43,025 nucleotides of DNA from an uncultured Candidatus Saccharibacteria bacterium (GCA_964512315.1 CAZEIK010000005.1:1-43025), one strand, 5' to 3'; positions 1-9,484 are shown, counted from the first letter of the stretch. Notes: a model not told the origin generated them from the sequence alone. Program-made: numbers and translations.

Positions 1-12
1 GTATTTGCTCCG

Positions 13-56
13 CGCGCTCGAAGGGACTCGAACCCCTAACCTTCTGATCCGTAGTC
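13..56 (-). repeat. Displaced 3' segment of tRNA-Arg (anticodon loop to discriminator); distal att copy (att-1)
   Basis: Minus strand reads GACTACGGATCAGAAGGTTAGGGGTTCGAGTCCCTTCGAGCGCG. This matches the anticodon loop, T-arm and 3' acceptor of the tRNA at 42946-43019. Its acceptor 3' strand CGAGCGC is a perfect complement of the 5' acceptor GCGCTCG at 43013-43019. No 5' half is present. Confidence 0.8.
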
Positions 57-260
57 GCGCCGGTTGGGAGATCGGATCCGCCGGCATCCCCGCCGCCGGG
101 TGCTCCCACGAGGCGGTCTGCAGCGCCGCTACCAGCACCTTGACCGTTGTGCGGCAACCATCCGGCAGGGTTCGACGGCCAGCCGGCCGCGGCCGCCGGG
201 CTCGGTCGGTTGGCCCTGCTGGGCGCCTGATCCGGGTTCTGGGGGCTCGTTGTGTGCACT
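57..260. repeat. 204-bp repeat, copy 1 (element-end arm next to att-1); identical to 9241-9444
   Basis: Base-by-base comparison of 57-260 with 9241-9444 shows no mismatch. The identical artefactual ORF prefixes 64..369 and 9248..9460 in the ORF track confirm it. Confidence 0.9.
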
Positions 261-515
261 GCGCGGCTCCTTGTGTGTGCTGGACACGATCAAGGTACGA
301 ACGCGCTGGGACAGCCGACCGCCGCAGCCCGACCGATCGAGCGCGTCGGCCAGATCGGTCGCTTCGTGATCCGCTCCTACGGCGACCAAGCCCGCTTCAT
401 CGACGCTGAGGCGCCGCCGCAAAGCCCGCTCAACACCGAGGGGTTCACCGACAACCAGGTCGACCTGCGGCTCGCCGCGGTCGACGCGCCCTCGTCGGTC
501 ACCGGGTTCTTCTGA
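252..515 (+). CDS. Possible small ORF or C-terminal gene fragment (hypothetical)
   Basis: The ORF is in the track. From about 330 onward the third codon positions are strongly G/C, which looks coding. The first ~25 codons look non-coding, and there is no clear start or RBS. It begins at the edge of the 204-bp repeat. Confidence 0.25.
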   Translation: MCTARLLVCAGHDQGTNALGQPTAAARPIERVGQIGRFVIRSYGDQARFIDAEAPPQSPLNTEGFTDNQVDLRLAAVDAPSSVTGFF

Positions 516-610
516 GCGCTGCCTCAGGCCACGCCACCGGTCGGGCGTCGGCGCCGGTCGCGCCCCGGGGGAGGGATGGGGCGGGCCGGCACCGAGCGTC
601 GCGCCGACGG

Positions 611-1303
611 TCAGGCGTCGGTGCAGGTCCAGGAGATGTCGGCCTCGATCGGGTCAGACCAGGTGCCCGACCCGTTGTCCACGAGGAAGTTCCCGGCCTG
701 CAACGACCCGCTGCCATCGGCCTCGACCGTCATCGTCGCGGTGCTCTGCCCATCAGGGTCGGGCTGGTAGCGCAGGTCGCCGACGACGATGGTGAACGAG
801 CTTCCCGACCCGCTCAGCTGCTCGAGGTCGTAGGTGCCTGGACCGGTGTAGTCCGTGACGAGCGACTCCATCCCGAACCGGGTCCCGTCGCTGAGCCCGT
901 CGAGGAAGAGCGGCAACTGGAGGTCGCCATCGGCGCCTTCGGCCCAGGTCGCGCAGTCGGCGACGCCGTCGGTCGACACCGCGCCGCCCACCGGGCTGGC
1001 CGCGGTGTCGTCCACCGCGGTCGACCCGCTGACCTTCACGGTGGCGCACACGGTGGCGACGTAGATCTCCCCGCCGCAGGCGGAGGCAGCGGCACCGCCG
1101 TCGGAGCCCTCGGCATCGGTCGTCGCGCCGTCGCCGGCGCCGGATCCGGCCGAGGTCTCGGTCCCGTCGCCGGCTGACGCCGACGAGCCCCCGGAGTCGC
1201 TCGAACCGCAGCCCGTGGCTCCGAGGAGGATCCCCGCTGCGAGGAGGGCGACGAGGCCGACTCGGCGGGCGCGGACTGGATTCGGGGTGTCGATGTCGAT
1301 CAT
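611..1303 (-). CDS. Putative secreted lipoprotein (Gly/Ser/Asp-rich linker, hypothetical)
   Basis: ATG at 1303 gives MIDIDTPNPVRARRVGLVALLAAGILLGATGCGSS. This is a positive n-region, a hydrophobic core and a lipobox-like ATGC. GC3 is high. The upstream part of ORF 611..1336 is probably not translated. Confidence 0.7.
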   Translation of the reverse strand: MIDIDTPNPVRARRVGLVALLAAGILLGATGCGSSDSGGSSASAGDGTETSAGSGAGDGATTDAEGSDGGAAASACGGEIYVATVCATVKVSGSTAVDDTAASPVGGAVSTDGVADCATWAEGADGDLQLPLFLDGLSDGTRFGMESLVTDYTGPGTYDLEQLSGSGSSFTIVVGDLRYQPDPDGQSTATMTVEADGSGSLQAGNFLVDNGSGTWSDPIEADISWTCTDA

Positions 1304-1390
1304 GCGCCCATCGTGCGGGCGGGCGTCGCGTGCCACCTAGGTAGTCGCTACCTGATCCTTCCGGGACCACCCGTCGTAGGGTCCCCGATC

Positions 1391-4054
1391 GTGGGGAGCG
1401 TGGGCGACGGACGAGGCCGGACGAGGGCACCGACCTGGCCGTTCGTCGGCAGGGAGCAGGCCCTCGATCTCGTCGGACGAACCCTGGTGGACCCGACCGC
1501 GCCCAGCCTGCTCGTCCGGGGCATCGCCGGCATCGGCAAGACCGCGCTCGTCAACGAGGCGGTGGCCCGGGCCGGGTCCGATGGGCGTCGGGTCCTGCGC
1601 GTGACCGGACGCCCGAACGGCGATCCGCTCCCACTCGGGTCGCTGTCAGCTTCGCTCCCATCGCTCTCACCCGACCCGGGGACCGCCCTCGCCCCGGCGT
1701 TGGCGCGAGCGGTGCGCCGCGTCGAGGACGACGGGTGGGAGGCCGTCTGCGTCGACGACGTCTCCGGGATCGATGCGGCGAGCGCGCAGGTGCTGCAGCA
1801 CCTCGCCGCGGCCGGGCTCCCTCTCGTGGCCACCGCGCGGACGGGTGATCCGCTGCCCGAGTCGGTCGTCGCCCTGCGCGTCGTCGGCACCCTCGAGGTG
1901 CTCGCCCTCGGGGCGTTGGCCGATGCCGAGGTGACGAGCCTGGTCGAGCGCGTGCTCGGCGAGCAGGTGGACGAGGCGACCAGCAGGCGGTTCGCGCTGC
2001 TCTCTGAGGGGAGTCCGCTGCACCTGCGCGAGCTGCTGCGCGCTGCGGTGGCGCGCGACGTCCTCCGCCGGGCCGGTGGCATCCTCCGCTGGGACCCGTC
2101 CGTCGGAGGTGCGTGGGCCCTCGGCGGACTGGTGCGAGAGCGCCTGGCCCACCAGTCCGACGACGTGTTCCGCGCCGCTGCGCTCGTCGCGGTCGGTGGC
2201 GACCTGCCCGCGCCGGTGCTGACGGACCTCGTCGGGCGGGCGACGCTGGCCGCGGCCCGCGCGGCCGAGCTGATCGACGTCGACGTGCACGGCACCGTGG
2301 CGCCAGCACACCCGCTCATCGCCGAGGTGCTCCTCGACGGTCTCGACCCAGACCGCCAGCGTGCCCTGCACCACGACCTCGCCGAGTCCCTTGGGGCCGA
2401 ATCGCTCAGCGACTGGGCGCCGGGTGCATCGCTCCGGGCGATCGCGCACCGCCAGGCGGCCGGGGATCCGGTCGACAGCTGCCTGCTGATCGATGCCGGC
2501 GAGGAGGCGCTGCGCCGGAGCTCGCCGGAGGTGGCGATTCGGCTGTTCGCCGCAGCGGTCGACGCTGGCGTGGCCGAGGCCCGGGTCGGCCTGGGCGACG
2601 CGCTGGCCGCGCTCGGAGCCGACGAGGACGCCGCCACGGCGTACCGCGCCGCGCTGGAGGCCGGCCTGGACCACGGGTCGACCGGGCGCGCCACCCTCGG
2701 GATGCACGTGCTCCGGCGCCGGACCGGACCGGCAGACGCCGATCGATCCCGGGCGCTCGTCGCCCTCGCCGACACGACGCTCGACGACGACCTCGCTCGT
2801 GCACTCCGCGTCGAAGGAGCGCGCGGTCTCCTCGACGCGGACCTGGCGGAGGATGCCATCGGCGCGGCGAGACCGGTGCTGGACGATCCCGATGCCGCCG
2901 TGGCGCACCGAGTGGGTGCGGCGGCCACGATCGCTCGCGCCGACGCGCACCGGGGCCGAGCCCTCCACGGGCTCGCGATGCTCGAGGCAGCGCGGACGGC
3001 CCTCGTCCGGGCGCGCGCCACCGGCTCTGCCGAGGAGGAGCTCGACGAGGCGACCATCGAAGTCCTCGACCTGCTCGGGGATGCCCGGCTGCTCGAGCGG
3101 TTCGGCGACGAGCGCCTCGGTCGCATCCGGCGCAGCGGTCCGTTCCCGGGGAGCGTCGACCTCGCGAGCGAGGCGCTCGGCCTCGCTGCCCTCGCCGCCG
3201 GCGAGCCCGGCGTCGCGGTCCGGGCGCTCCGGGCCACGATCGGCGCCCGCCACGGCCGGCCCGGGAGCGGGCGACGTACGGCGGTGCTGCGCGCTCGCCT
3301 GGCCGAGGCGCTCGCCCTCGACGGCCAGATCGAGGATGGGTGGCGCGAGCTCGACGGGCGGGTGCCAGCCGAGCTCCCTGATGTCGACGACGCCGACCAC
3401 GCCCGGGCTCGGGCACTGCTGCAGGCACTCGACGGGGAGGTGGAGGTCGCCGCTGCCGAGGGCGCGCTCCTGGTCACCCGAGCCGTGGACGCCGGCCTCT
3501 GGGGTCGCGCGCTGGCGCTCGGGCACCTCGTGTGGCGCGCCGCGTCGCTGGAGCGTCCGTTCCCAGGACTGCACGTGGCGGCAGAGCGGTCCGAGGGACC
3601 GTGGGCGGCCGCCGTCGCACGCCAGCTCGACGCCCTGCGCACGGGCGACGGCGAGGAGTCGCTCGCAGCTGCAGATGCGTTCGCCGAGCTCGGCCGCTGC
3701 GTGGACGCCGCCGAGGCCTCGGCCGACGCCTCGGCGGCCTGGGCGGTGGCCGGCTCCCGGCGCGCAGCCATCGCCGCCGCGCTGCGCAGCGATGAGCTGC
3801 TGGCGCGGTCCGGCCTCGCTCGCCCGCTTCGGCGGACGCCACCGGTCGAGCTTCCGACCCTGACGCCCAGGGAGCTCGAGATCGCGCTGCTCGTCTCGGC
3901 GGGGCGGTCCAACCGGGCGATCGCGGAGCAGCTCGTCCTCTCGGTGCGGACGGTCGAAGGCCACATCCTCCGTGCATCGGCGAAGCTCGGCGTCGACTCC
4001 CGCGAGGCGCTCGGCGAGGTGGTGGCCAACGGCACCGGACGCCCGCGTGGCTAG
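1391..4054 (+). CDS. Large ATP-binding LuxR-family (LAL-type) transcriptional regulator
   Basis: N-terminal P-loop (RGIAGIGKTALV). Long Ala/Leu-rich helical middle. C-terminal LuxR HTH (LTPRELEIALLVSAGRSNRAIAEQLVLSVRTVEGHILRASAKLGV). The start is uncertain: GTG at 1391 or 1400. Confidence 0.8.
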   Translation: MGSVGDGRGRTRAPTWPFVGREQALDLVGRTLVDPTAPSLLVRGIAGIGKTALVNEAVARAGSDGRRVLRVTGRPNGDPLPLGSLSASLPSLSPDPGTALAPALARAVRRVEDDGWEAVCVDDVSGIDAASAQVLQHLAAAGLPLVATARTGDPLPESVVALRVVGTLEVLALGALADAEVTSLVERVLGEQVDEATSRRFALLSEGSPLHLRELLRAAVARDVLRRAGGILRWDPSVGGAWALGGLVRERLAHQSDDVFRAAALVAVGGDLPAPVLTDLVGRATLAAARAAELIDVDVHGTVAPAHPLIAEVLLDGLDPDRQRALHHDLAESLGAESLSDWAPGASLRAIAHRQAAGDPVDSCLLIDAGEEALRRSSPEVAIRLFAAAVDAGVAEARVGLGDALAALGADEDAATAYRAALEAGLDHGSTGRATLGMHVLRRRTGPADADRSRALVALADTTLDDDLARALRVEGARGLLDADLAEDAIGAARPVLDDPDAAVAHRVGAAATIARADAHRGRALHGLAMLEAARTALVRARATGSAEEELDEATIEVLDLLGDARLLERFGDERLGRIRRSGPFPGSVDLASEALGLAALAAGEPGVAVRALRATIGARHGRPGSGRRTAVLRARLAEALALDGQIEDGWRELDGRVPAELPDVDDADHARARALLQALDGEVEVAAAEGALLVTRAVDAGLWGRALALGHLVWRAASLERPFPGLHVAAERSEGPWAAAVARQLDALRTGDGEESLAAADAFAELGRCVDAAEASADASAAWAVAGSRRAAIAAALRSDELLARSGLARPLRRTPPVELPTLTPRELEIALLVSAGRSNRAIAEQLVLSVRTVEGHILRASAKLGVDSREALGEVVANGTGRPRG

Positions 4055-4082
4055 CGTGCCCGCCGTGAGCGGGGGATGGCCG

Positions 4083-6671
4083 ATGGTGGGGCGCGACGAC
4101 GCCCGGCAGCGCGTGCACGCGGTGCTGACCGGTGCGTGCGACGGGCGGGCGATCGTGGTGCGGGGACCCGCGGGGATCGGCAAGAGCCGCGTGGTCGAGG
4201 ACGCGCTCGATCGGCTGGCGCCGCCGGTGTGGAAGGTGCGCGCCGGGCCCTCCCTGCGCACGACCCCGCTCGGCGCGTTCGCGCTCGCCGCACCCGATGT
4301 GGTGATCGGCGCCTCTGACCGGCGCGGGCTGGTCCAGTCGCTCGCCGACTCGATCGAGCGTCGACCACCCGAGGCCATCTGGGTGGATGACGCCCACCAC
4401 CTCGACCCCGAATCGGCGACGGTCGTGCTCCACCTGGTGCGGCAGGCGACCGTGCCCGTCGCGATCACGCTGCGCGACGGCGAGGACCTCCCACCGGCGA
4501 TCGACCAGCTGCTCGTGGACGGGATCGAGCAGCTGGCACTCGATCCGCTGCACGAAGCCGATGTCGACGAGCTCGTGACCAACCTGCTCGGCGGGCACCT
4601 CGACGGCCCCTCGCTGCGTCGGGTCCACGGCCGCAGCGGCGGCAACCCCCTGCTCCTGCGGGAGCTCCTGCGCTCGGGCCTCGCCCACGGCTCGATCCGA
4701 CAGCAGGGTGGCGTGTGGCACGCCGCGCCCGATGCCACCGCCCCCGTCGGCCTCGAAGACCTCGTCGCAGACCATGCGCTCGCGCTCCCACCGGCGGCCG
4801 CTCGGCTCTTCCGGCAGGTGGCCCTGGCCGGACACGTCCCCGTCGCCGCGCTCGACCACCTCGCGACCCCCGAGGCGGTGACGGACGTGCTCGAGTCAGG
4901 GCTGGTCCGCGTGCTCGACGACGCCGATCAGGTCCGCCCCGACCACCCGCTCTACGCCGAGGTCGTGATCGGACGACTCGACGCCGACCTTCGCGCGGAG
5001 CTCCTCACGGACCTCGCGGCCGCGGTCGAGGCGCTGGATCGGCCCGACGAGGAGGTGCGGGCCGTCCGCTGGCGGCTCGAGGCCGGGGCGCCGCTCGCCG
5101 TCGAGCGCTCCTCGGCGATGGCCTGGACCGCCCTCGCCGCCTTCGACGTCGAACTGGTCATCGCGGCGTCCGAGCACGCCCTCGCCGGCGGGAACCAGGG
5201 CGCGAGCATCCCCCTGGCCACCGGGCTCGCCTACTCCGGGCGCAACGAGGAGGCGATTCCGGTGTTCGAGGCCGCGGTCGCGAGCGCCCACGGCGAGTGG
5301 CCGACCGCGTTCGCGAAGCTCGCCGGCACCCTGAACCGCGCCTACCTGTACGGCTGGGACACCTGGGTCGCCGACGCCCACCGGGCGGCAGCCGAGGGCG
5401 TGACCGACCCCATGGTGCTCGACCTCCTGCGATCGGAGGAGGCGTCGGCCCTGGCGTTCTCTGCGCAGCTCGAGGAGGCCGCCGCACTTGCTGGGCCCGT
5501 CGTGCTCGATCCCTCCGTCGACCCCGCCGTCGCGCTCCCCTACGTGCCCGGATGGGCCGCGGCGCGCACCGCACAGGGCCGGACCATCGAGGTGATCGAC
5601 GCGCTCGCCCGGCTCCAGGACACCGTGCGCGAGGCACCGAGCCGAGCCCACGCCTGGCTGTACGCGTTCCGAGCGCAGGCCGAGGCGGTCCACGGCCACC
5701 TCGAGGAGGCCGAGGCGGCGATGGTGCCGTTCGAGCAGCTGTCGTACCTGGCGATGGTGGAGGACGTGTCGGCGGTGCTGGCCTCGGAGATGCGGGGCCT
5801 GGTCGCCTTGTGGCGGGGGCAGGTCGCGGACGCCGTGCGCTGGCTCGACGAGGCGGCAGCGCTCTCGGGCACGCCCGAGTCGCGCTTCCGGCGGATCATC
5901 CCGTGGGCACACCTCGCCCAGGCACGCGCCCTCGCCGGCGACATCGACGGAGCGGCGGCCGCAGCCGCGGAGTCCGAGCGCGCCGCCGCGATGTTCCCGC
6001 TGGGGGCCGGGTACGCGGGCGAGGCGACGGCCTGGGCGCGCAGCGCTGCCGGTGACGTCACCGGCGCAGCGCGCGATGCGGCGAGCGCAGCACGGCGCGC
6101 CTACGACGCCGGCCTCGTCACGACGGCCGTGTGGTGCGCCGCCGATGCGCTCCGCCTGGCACCCGGTCCGACGCCGGCAGCGCTCGTGCGCGAGGTCACC
6201 CATGGCGTCGACGGGCGCTGGGCGGCAGCCTTCCGCGCCCACGCCGGCGCGGTGCTCGACCGTGAAGGCATTGCCCTGGTGGCCGTCGCGGACCGCTACG
6301 AGGAGATCGGTGCTCGGCTGCACGCCGCCGAGGTCCTCGACCTGGCTGCGAGCTGGCTCCAAGCTGACGGCAGGCGTGACGGCGCCCGTCGGGCGCGAGC
6401 CCGTGCCGACGAGGCCCACGCTGCGTGCACGGGCGCGGTCCGCCGGACGCTCCCAGCCGCGGTCGACGATCCCGCGATCGCCAGCCTGAGCCGCCGCGAG
6501 CGGGAGGTCGCGGTGCTCGCCGCGTCCGGTCTGGCGAACGCAACGATCGCCGAGCGCCTCGGCCTGTCGGTCCGCACCACCGAGGGCCACCTCGCGCGCG
6601 CCATGGCCAAGCTCGATGTCGCGCGCCGGACCGAGCTGCCTGCGCGCCTCGGCGACATCGAGCACGCGTAG
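4083..6671 (+). CDS. Large ATP-binding LuxR-family (LAL-type) transcriptional regulator, tandem paralogue
   Basis: P-loop VRGPAGIGKSRVV. C-terminal LuxR HTH (LSRREREVAVLAASGLANATIAERLGLSVRTTEGHLARAMAKLDV). ATG at 4083 is preceded by GGGGGA. An alternative GTG at 4056 lies 2 nt after the upstream stop. Confidence 0.8.
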   Translation: MVGRDDARQRVHAVLTGACDGRAIVVRGPAGIGKSRVVEDALDRLAPPVWKVRAGPSLRTTPLGAFALAAPDVVIGASDRRGLVQSLADSIERRPPEAIWVDDAHHLDPESATVVLHLVRQATVPVAITLRDGEDLPPAIDQLLVDGIEQLALDPLHEADVDELVTNLLGGHLDGPSLRRVHGRSGGNPLLLRELLRSGLAHGSIRQQGGVWHAAPDATAPVGLEDLVADHALALPPAAARLFRQVALAGHVPVAALDHLATPEAVTDVLESGLVRVLDDADQVRPDHPLYAEVVIGRLDADLRAELLTDLAAAVEALDRPDEEVRAVRWRLEAGAPLAVERSSAMAWTALAAFDVELVIAASEHALAGGNQGASIPLATGLAYSGRNEEAIPVFEAAVASAHGEWPTAFAKLAGTLNRAYLYGWDTWVADAHRAAAEGVTDPMVLDLLRSEEASALAFSAQLEEAAALAGPVVLDPSVDPAVALPYVPGWAAARTAQGRTIEVIDALARLQDTVREAPSRAHAWLYAFRAQAEAVHGHLEEAEAAMVPFEQLSYLAMVEDVSAVLASEMRGLVALWRGQVADAVRWLDEAAALSGTPESRFRRIIPWAHLAQARALAGDIDGAAAAAAESERAAAMFPLGAGYAGEATAWARSAAGDVTGAARDAASAARRAYDAGLVTTAVWCAADALRLAPGPTPAALVREVTHGVDGRWAAAFRAHAGAVLDREGIALVAVADRYEEIGARLHAAEVLDLAASWLQADGRRDGARRARARADEAHAACTGAVRRTLPAAVDDPAIASLSRREREVAVLAASGLANATIAERLGLSVRTTEGHLARAMAKLDVARRTELPARLGDIEHA

Positions 6672-6750
6672 GCGATCGTTCGAGACGCGTAGCGACTACC
6701 TAGGTTCGCGCCGCAGCCCTCGCGCACGATGCACCCAGACCGGTGCGCCG

Positions 6751-7953
6751 ATGCCCGAGGAGCCCACGATGCCAGCACGAGAACCCCGACCTGCACCGGC
6801 CCACGCCCGCGGTCGGGCCGTGCGCACCCGGCAGGTGGGCTCACCACGACGCGCGATCGGCACTGCCCTCGCGATCGCCATCGGCTGCTCGATCGGTGTG
6901 GTGGCGACCGCCAGCTCCACCGCGGCGCAGGTCGCACAGCCGCCGTACGAGGAGTTCACCGCCGGATACGCGGTGAACGGGACCTACACGCCGATCGTCG
7001 GCAACTTCACCGGGGCGGACGGGCGCGAGGACATCCTCTGGTACGCCCCGGGCTCCACCCCCGAGACGCTCTGGCAGGCCACGACCAGCCGCACCGCCCG
7101 CTTCGCCAAGGTGCCGGTCCCCGCCGTGAACGGGACGTACGTCCCGGTGGTCGGCGACTTCTCGAGCGACGGCTACGACGACATCCTCTGGTACGGGCCC
7201 GGCACGGCCTCCGACACCCTCTGGAACTTCACCTCGACCGGGCTGACCACGAAGGCGCTGGCCATCAGCGGCACGTTCACCCCGCTGGTGCTGCCCAACC
7301 GGGTGCTCCCCGACAGCGTGCTGTGGTACGCGCCGGGCACGGCGACCGACTGGCTCTGGGCGTTCGAAGCCGGGGCCACGTTCACCTCGGCGGCCTACCG
7401 GATCGACGGTACCTACCGGCCGCTCGTCGGCGATCTCGACTCCGACCAGCTCGGCGACGTGTTCTGGTACGCCCCCGGTCCGGCCCCCGACGCCCGCTGG
7501 ATGCGCAGCGGGCCGCAGGCGGCAGCCTCGTTCACCTCGGTGGCCGATCCGGTGAACGGCAGCTACGTGCCGATCGTCGGCGACTTCGGGACGCCCGGCA
7601 CGACCGCCGACGCGTCGAGCGACGTGGCGTGGACCACCACCTCCGGCACCGACCAGGTCTGGGACCGCACCGGGAGCACGGTGCACCGCTCGCAGGCGAC
7701 GATCGCGGGACCGAAGGTCGTCCGCGTCGGCGATGTGGGACCCGACGCCCTGATCAGCTGGGGCGGGACCGGCGGTGACCGGGTGTGGCGCTCGACGACC
7801 CTCGGGGGCGACAGCGCGCGGGGCACCGGGCTGGCGAAGGTCGCTGCCGACGCCATCCCGATCGTCGGCCGCTTCGGCGACGACGACGCCGAATCCGTGC
7901 TCTGGTACCGCCCCGGTGCGGGCGCCGAGCGCTACTGGACCCCCTACGAGTGA
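6751..7953 (+). CDS. Secreted FG-GAP/VCBS-like repeat (beta-propeller-type) protein
   Basis: N-terminal basic region plus a hydrophobic segment (AIGTALAIAIGCSIGVVATASS). About 7 iterations of NGTYxP[IV]VGDF..D....DILWY[AG]PG. The start is uncertain: ATG at 6751 or 6769. Confidence 0.75.
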   Translation: MPEEPTMPAREPRPAPAHARGRAVRTRQVGSPRRAIGTALAIAIGCSIGVVATASSTAAQVAQPPYEEFTAGYAVNGTYTPIVGNFTGADGREDILWYAPGSTPETLWQATTSRTARFAKVPVPAVNGTYVPVVGDFSSDGYDDILWYGPGTASDTLWNFTSTGLTTKALAISGTFTPLVLPNRVLPDSVLWYAPGTATDWLWAFEAGATFTSAAYRIDGTYRPLVGDLDSDQLGDVFWYAPGPAPDARWMRSGPQAAASFTSVADPVNGSYVPIVGDFGTPGTTADASSDVAWTTTSGTDQVWDRTGSTVHRSQATIAGPKVVRVGDVGPDALISWGGTGGDRVWRSTTLGGDSARGTGLAKVAADAIPIVGRFGDDDAESVLWYRPGAGAERYWTPYE

Positions 7954-7964
7954 GGACCCCACCC

Positions 7965-9056
7965 ATGCACCACGCCACCCGACCCACCCTCCGGCGCGCC
8001 CGGCGCGCGCTCCTCGGCGCCGCCGTCGCCGCGGCAACTCTCGTCCTCCCCGCCCGGCCCGCCGGTGCGGACTCCTTCGCACCAGACGCATCGAGCGAGG
8101 TCCGGGTGACCGGCTCCTACCTCCCGATCGTCGGCAACTTCTCGGGCGACGATCGCGACGACATCTTCTGGTACGCCCCCGGCAGCGGTGCCGAGCAGCT
8201 GTGGATCGCCACCGGGATCCCGTCGCAGCCGTTCACGAAGCAGGCCGGCGACCGCGTGAACGGGACGTACACGCCCCTCGTGGGGAACTTCGGCGGCGAC
8301 GCGTACGAGGAGATCCTCTGGTACGCCCCCGGCACTGCCGCCGATGTGCTCTGGACCAACCCCGCGGGCTACTTCGCCCCCCGCTCGGTGCGGATCGACG
8401 GCACCTTCACGCCGCTGGTGATGGACAACCCGGGCGCGTGGGACGCCATCTTCTGGTATGCCGCGGGCCCTGCTCGCGATGCGCTGTGGCAGTTCCTCAA
8501 CACCACCTGGCAGTCGACCTCGTACAACGTCAACGGGACCTACAAGCCGTTCGTGCTCGATCAGAACGGCGACTTCGTCGACGACATCTTCTGGTACGCC
8601 CCGGGCACCACCTCCGACACCCTCTGGCTGCGTCGGTCCACCGGCGGCTTCAACCCGTACCCCAAGACGATCAACGGCACCTACACGCCGCTCGTCGGCG
8701 AGTGGAGCGCCGTCGCCGACAACCTCGAGGACATCCTCTGGTCGAACCCGTCGGGTGGCGACGTGCTGATGACCAGCGACATCGAGGGCCGCACGTCGAG
8801 CGCTTCGGTCACCGTGCCGAACCGCAAGGCGATCGTCGCCGAGTCGCCCGGTCGAGACCTCGCCTACTTCTACGGCGGCTCCGGCCCCGACCAGGTCTGG
8901 CGCCGCGACGCCGACGGCAGCACCCCCACCGAGGTCCAGACCGGCTACGACGCCCCCGATCCGTCGGTGGCCCTCGCCGGCTTCTTCTCCAACACCGCGT
9001 CGGGCTCGCTGTTCTTCTATCGAGCCGGCACCGCAGGCGAGCTGCTGCTGCGCTGA
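7965..9056 (+). CDS. Secreted FG-GAP/VCBS-like repeat protein, tandem paralogue
   Basis: AGGA RBS lies 8 nt upstream of ATG 7965. Signal-like MHHATRPTLRRARRALLGAAVAAATLVLPARPAGA. Carries the same NGTY.P.VG.F..D...DI.WYAPG repeat as the upstream gene. Confidence 0.75.
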   Translation: MHHATRPTLRRARRALLGAAVAAATLVLPARPAGADSFAPDASSEVRVTGSYLPIVGNFSGDDRDDIFWYAPGSGAEQLWIATGIPSQPFTKQAGDRVNGTYTPLVGNFGGDAYEEILWYAPGTAADVLWTNPAGYFAPRSVRIDGTFTPLVMDNPGAWDAIFWYAAGPARDALWQFLNTTWQSTSYNVNGTYKPFVLDQNGDFVDDIFWYAPGTTSDTLWLRRSTGGFNPYPKTINGTYTPLVGEWSAVADNLEDILWSNPSGGDVLMTSDIEGRTSSASVTVPNRKAIVAESPGRDLAYFYGGSGPDQVWRRDADGSTPTEVQTGYDAPDPSVALAGFFSNTASGSLFFYRAGTAGELLLR

Positions 9057-9094
9057 CCCGTCGATCGGCGGCGGCGGGCCCCGGTGGGACGTGC

Positions 9095-9238
9095 GTGCGC
9101 CCGGTTCCTGGTGGCGCCCACCGCCGGGGCCTGCACCGTCGCCCGGGAACGACGAAACCCCCTCGTCAGAGGGGGTTTCGGCTGGAACTTGTGAAGCGCG
9201 CCCGTAGGGACTCGAACCCCAAACCTTCTGATCCGTAG
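9095..9238 (-). repeat. att-2: partial tRNA-Arg 3' portion plus ~100 bp tRNA-downstream arm (144 bp, 7 mismatches vs 42844-42987)
   Basis: Ungapped alignment with 42844-42987 at a constant offset of 33749. Includes CTACGGATCAGAAGGTTTGGGGTTCGAGTCCCTACGGGCGCG on the minus strand and the terminator hairpin. Confidence 0.85.
9154..9179. terminator. GC-rich hairpin (gaaaccccctc-gtca-gagggggtttc), bidirectional terminator candidate
   Basis: Perfect 11-bp stem with a 4-nt loop, flanked by A/T runs on both strands. Lies between the convergent FG-GAP gene end and the tRNA remnant. Duplicated at 42903-42928. Confidence 0.6.
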
Positions 9239-9240
9239 CC

Positions 9241-9444
9241 GCGCCGGTTGGGAGATCGGATCCGCCGGCATCCCCGCCGCCGGGTGCTCCCACGAGGCGG
9301 TCTGCAGCGCCGCTACCAGCACCTTGACCGTTGTGCGGCAACCATCCGGCAGGGTTCGACGGCCAGCCGGCCGCGGCCGCCGGGCTCGGTCGGTTGGCCC
9401 TGCTGGGCGCCTGATCCGGGTTCTGGGGGCTCGTTGTGTGCACT
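9241..9444. repeat. 204-bp repeat, copy 2 (element-end arm next to att-2)
   Basis: Identical to 57-260. Identity stops exactly where the IS3 left inverted repeat begins. Confidence 0.9.
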
Positions 9445-9484
9445 GGGGACTCCCGCGTGATCCGGTGACAGGTTGGGTGTGGGG

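Larger units (their letters stand above)
57..9238 (-). mobile_element. Integrase-less att-flanked module (CIME-like genomic islet, ~9.2 kb)
   Basis: Bounded by att-1 (13-56) and att-2 (9095-9238). It carries the same two arm sequences as the larger island: the 204-bp arm and a ~100-bp terminator arm. No recombinase ORF is present. Confidence 0.55.

Noticed and set aside
57-260. ORFs 64..369 and 9248..9460 in the 204-bp repeat, and the idea that the repeat encodes a structured ncRNA (SRP, tmRNA or RNase P-like)
   Set aside because: The translation is Arg/Pro-rich and the two ORFs diverge where the repeat ends. I could not recognise any conserved ncRNA signature by eye. The position next to att copies favours an attP arm. 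A covariance-model scan (Rfam/Infernal) would settle it.
1348-4738. Very long antisense or alternate-frame ORFs (1348..4035, 1667..4738, 2113..3381, 2406..3428 and others) overlapping the LuxR genes
   Set aside because: Their translations are extreme Arg/Pro/Ser/Ala runs, typical of off-frame reading of ~70% GC DNA. The annotated frames carry real motifs (P-loop, LuxR HTH) and G/C-rich third positions.
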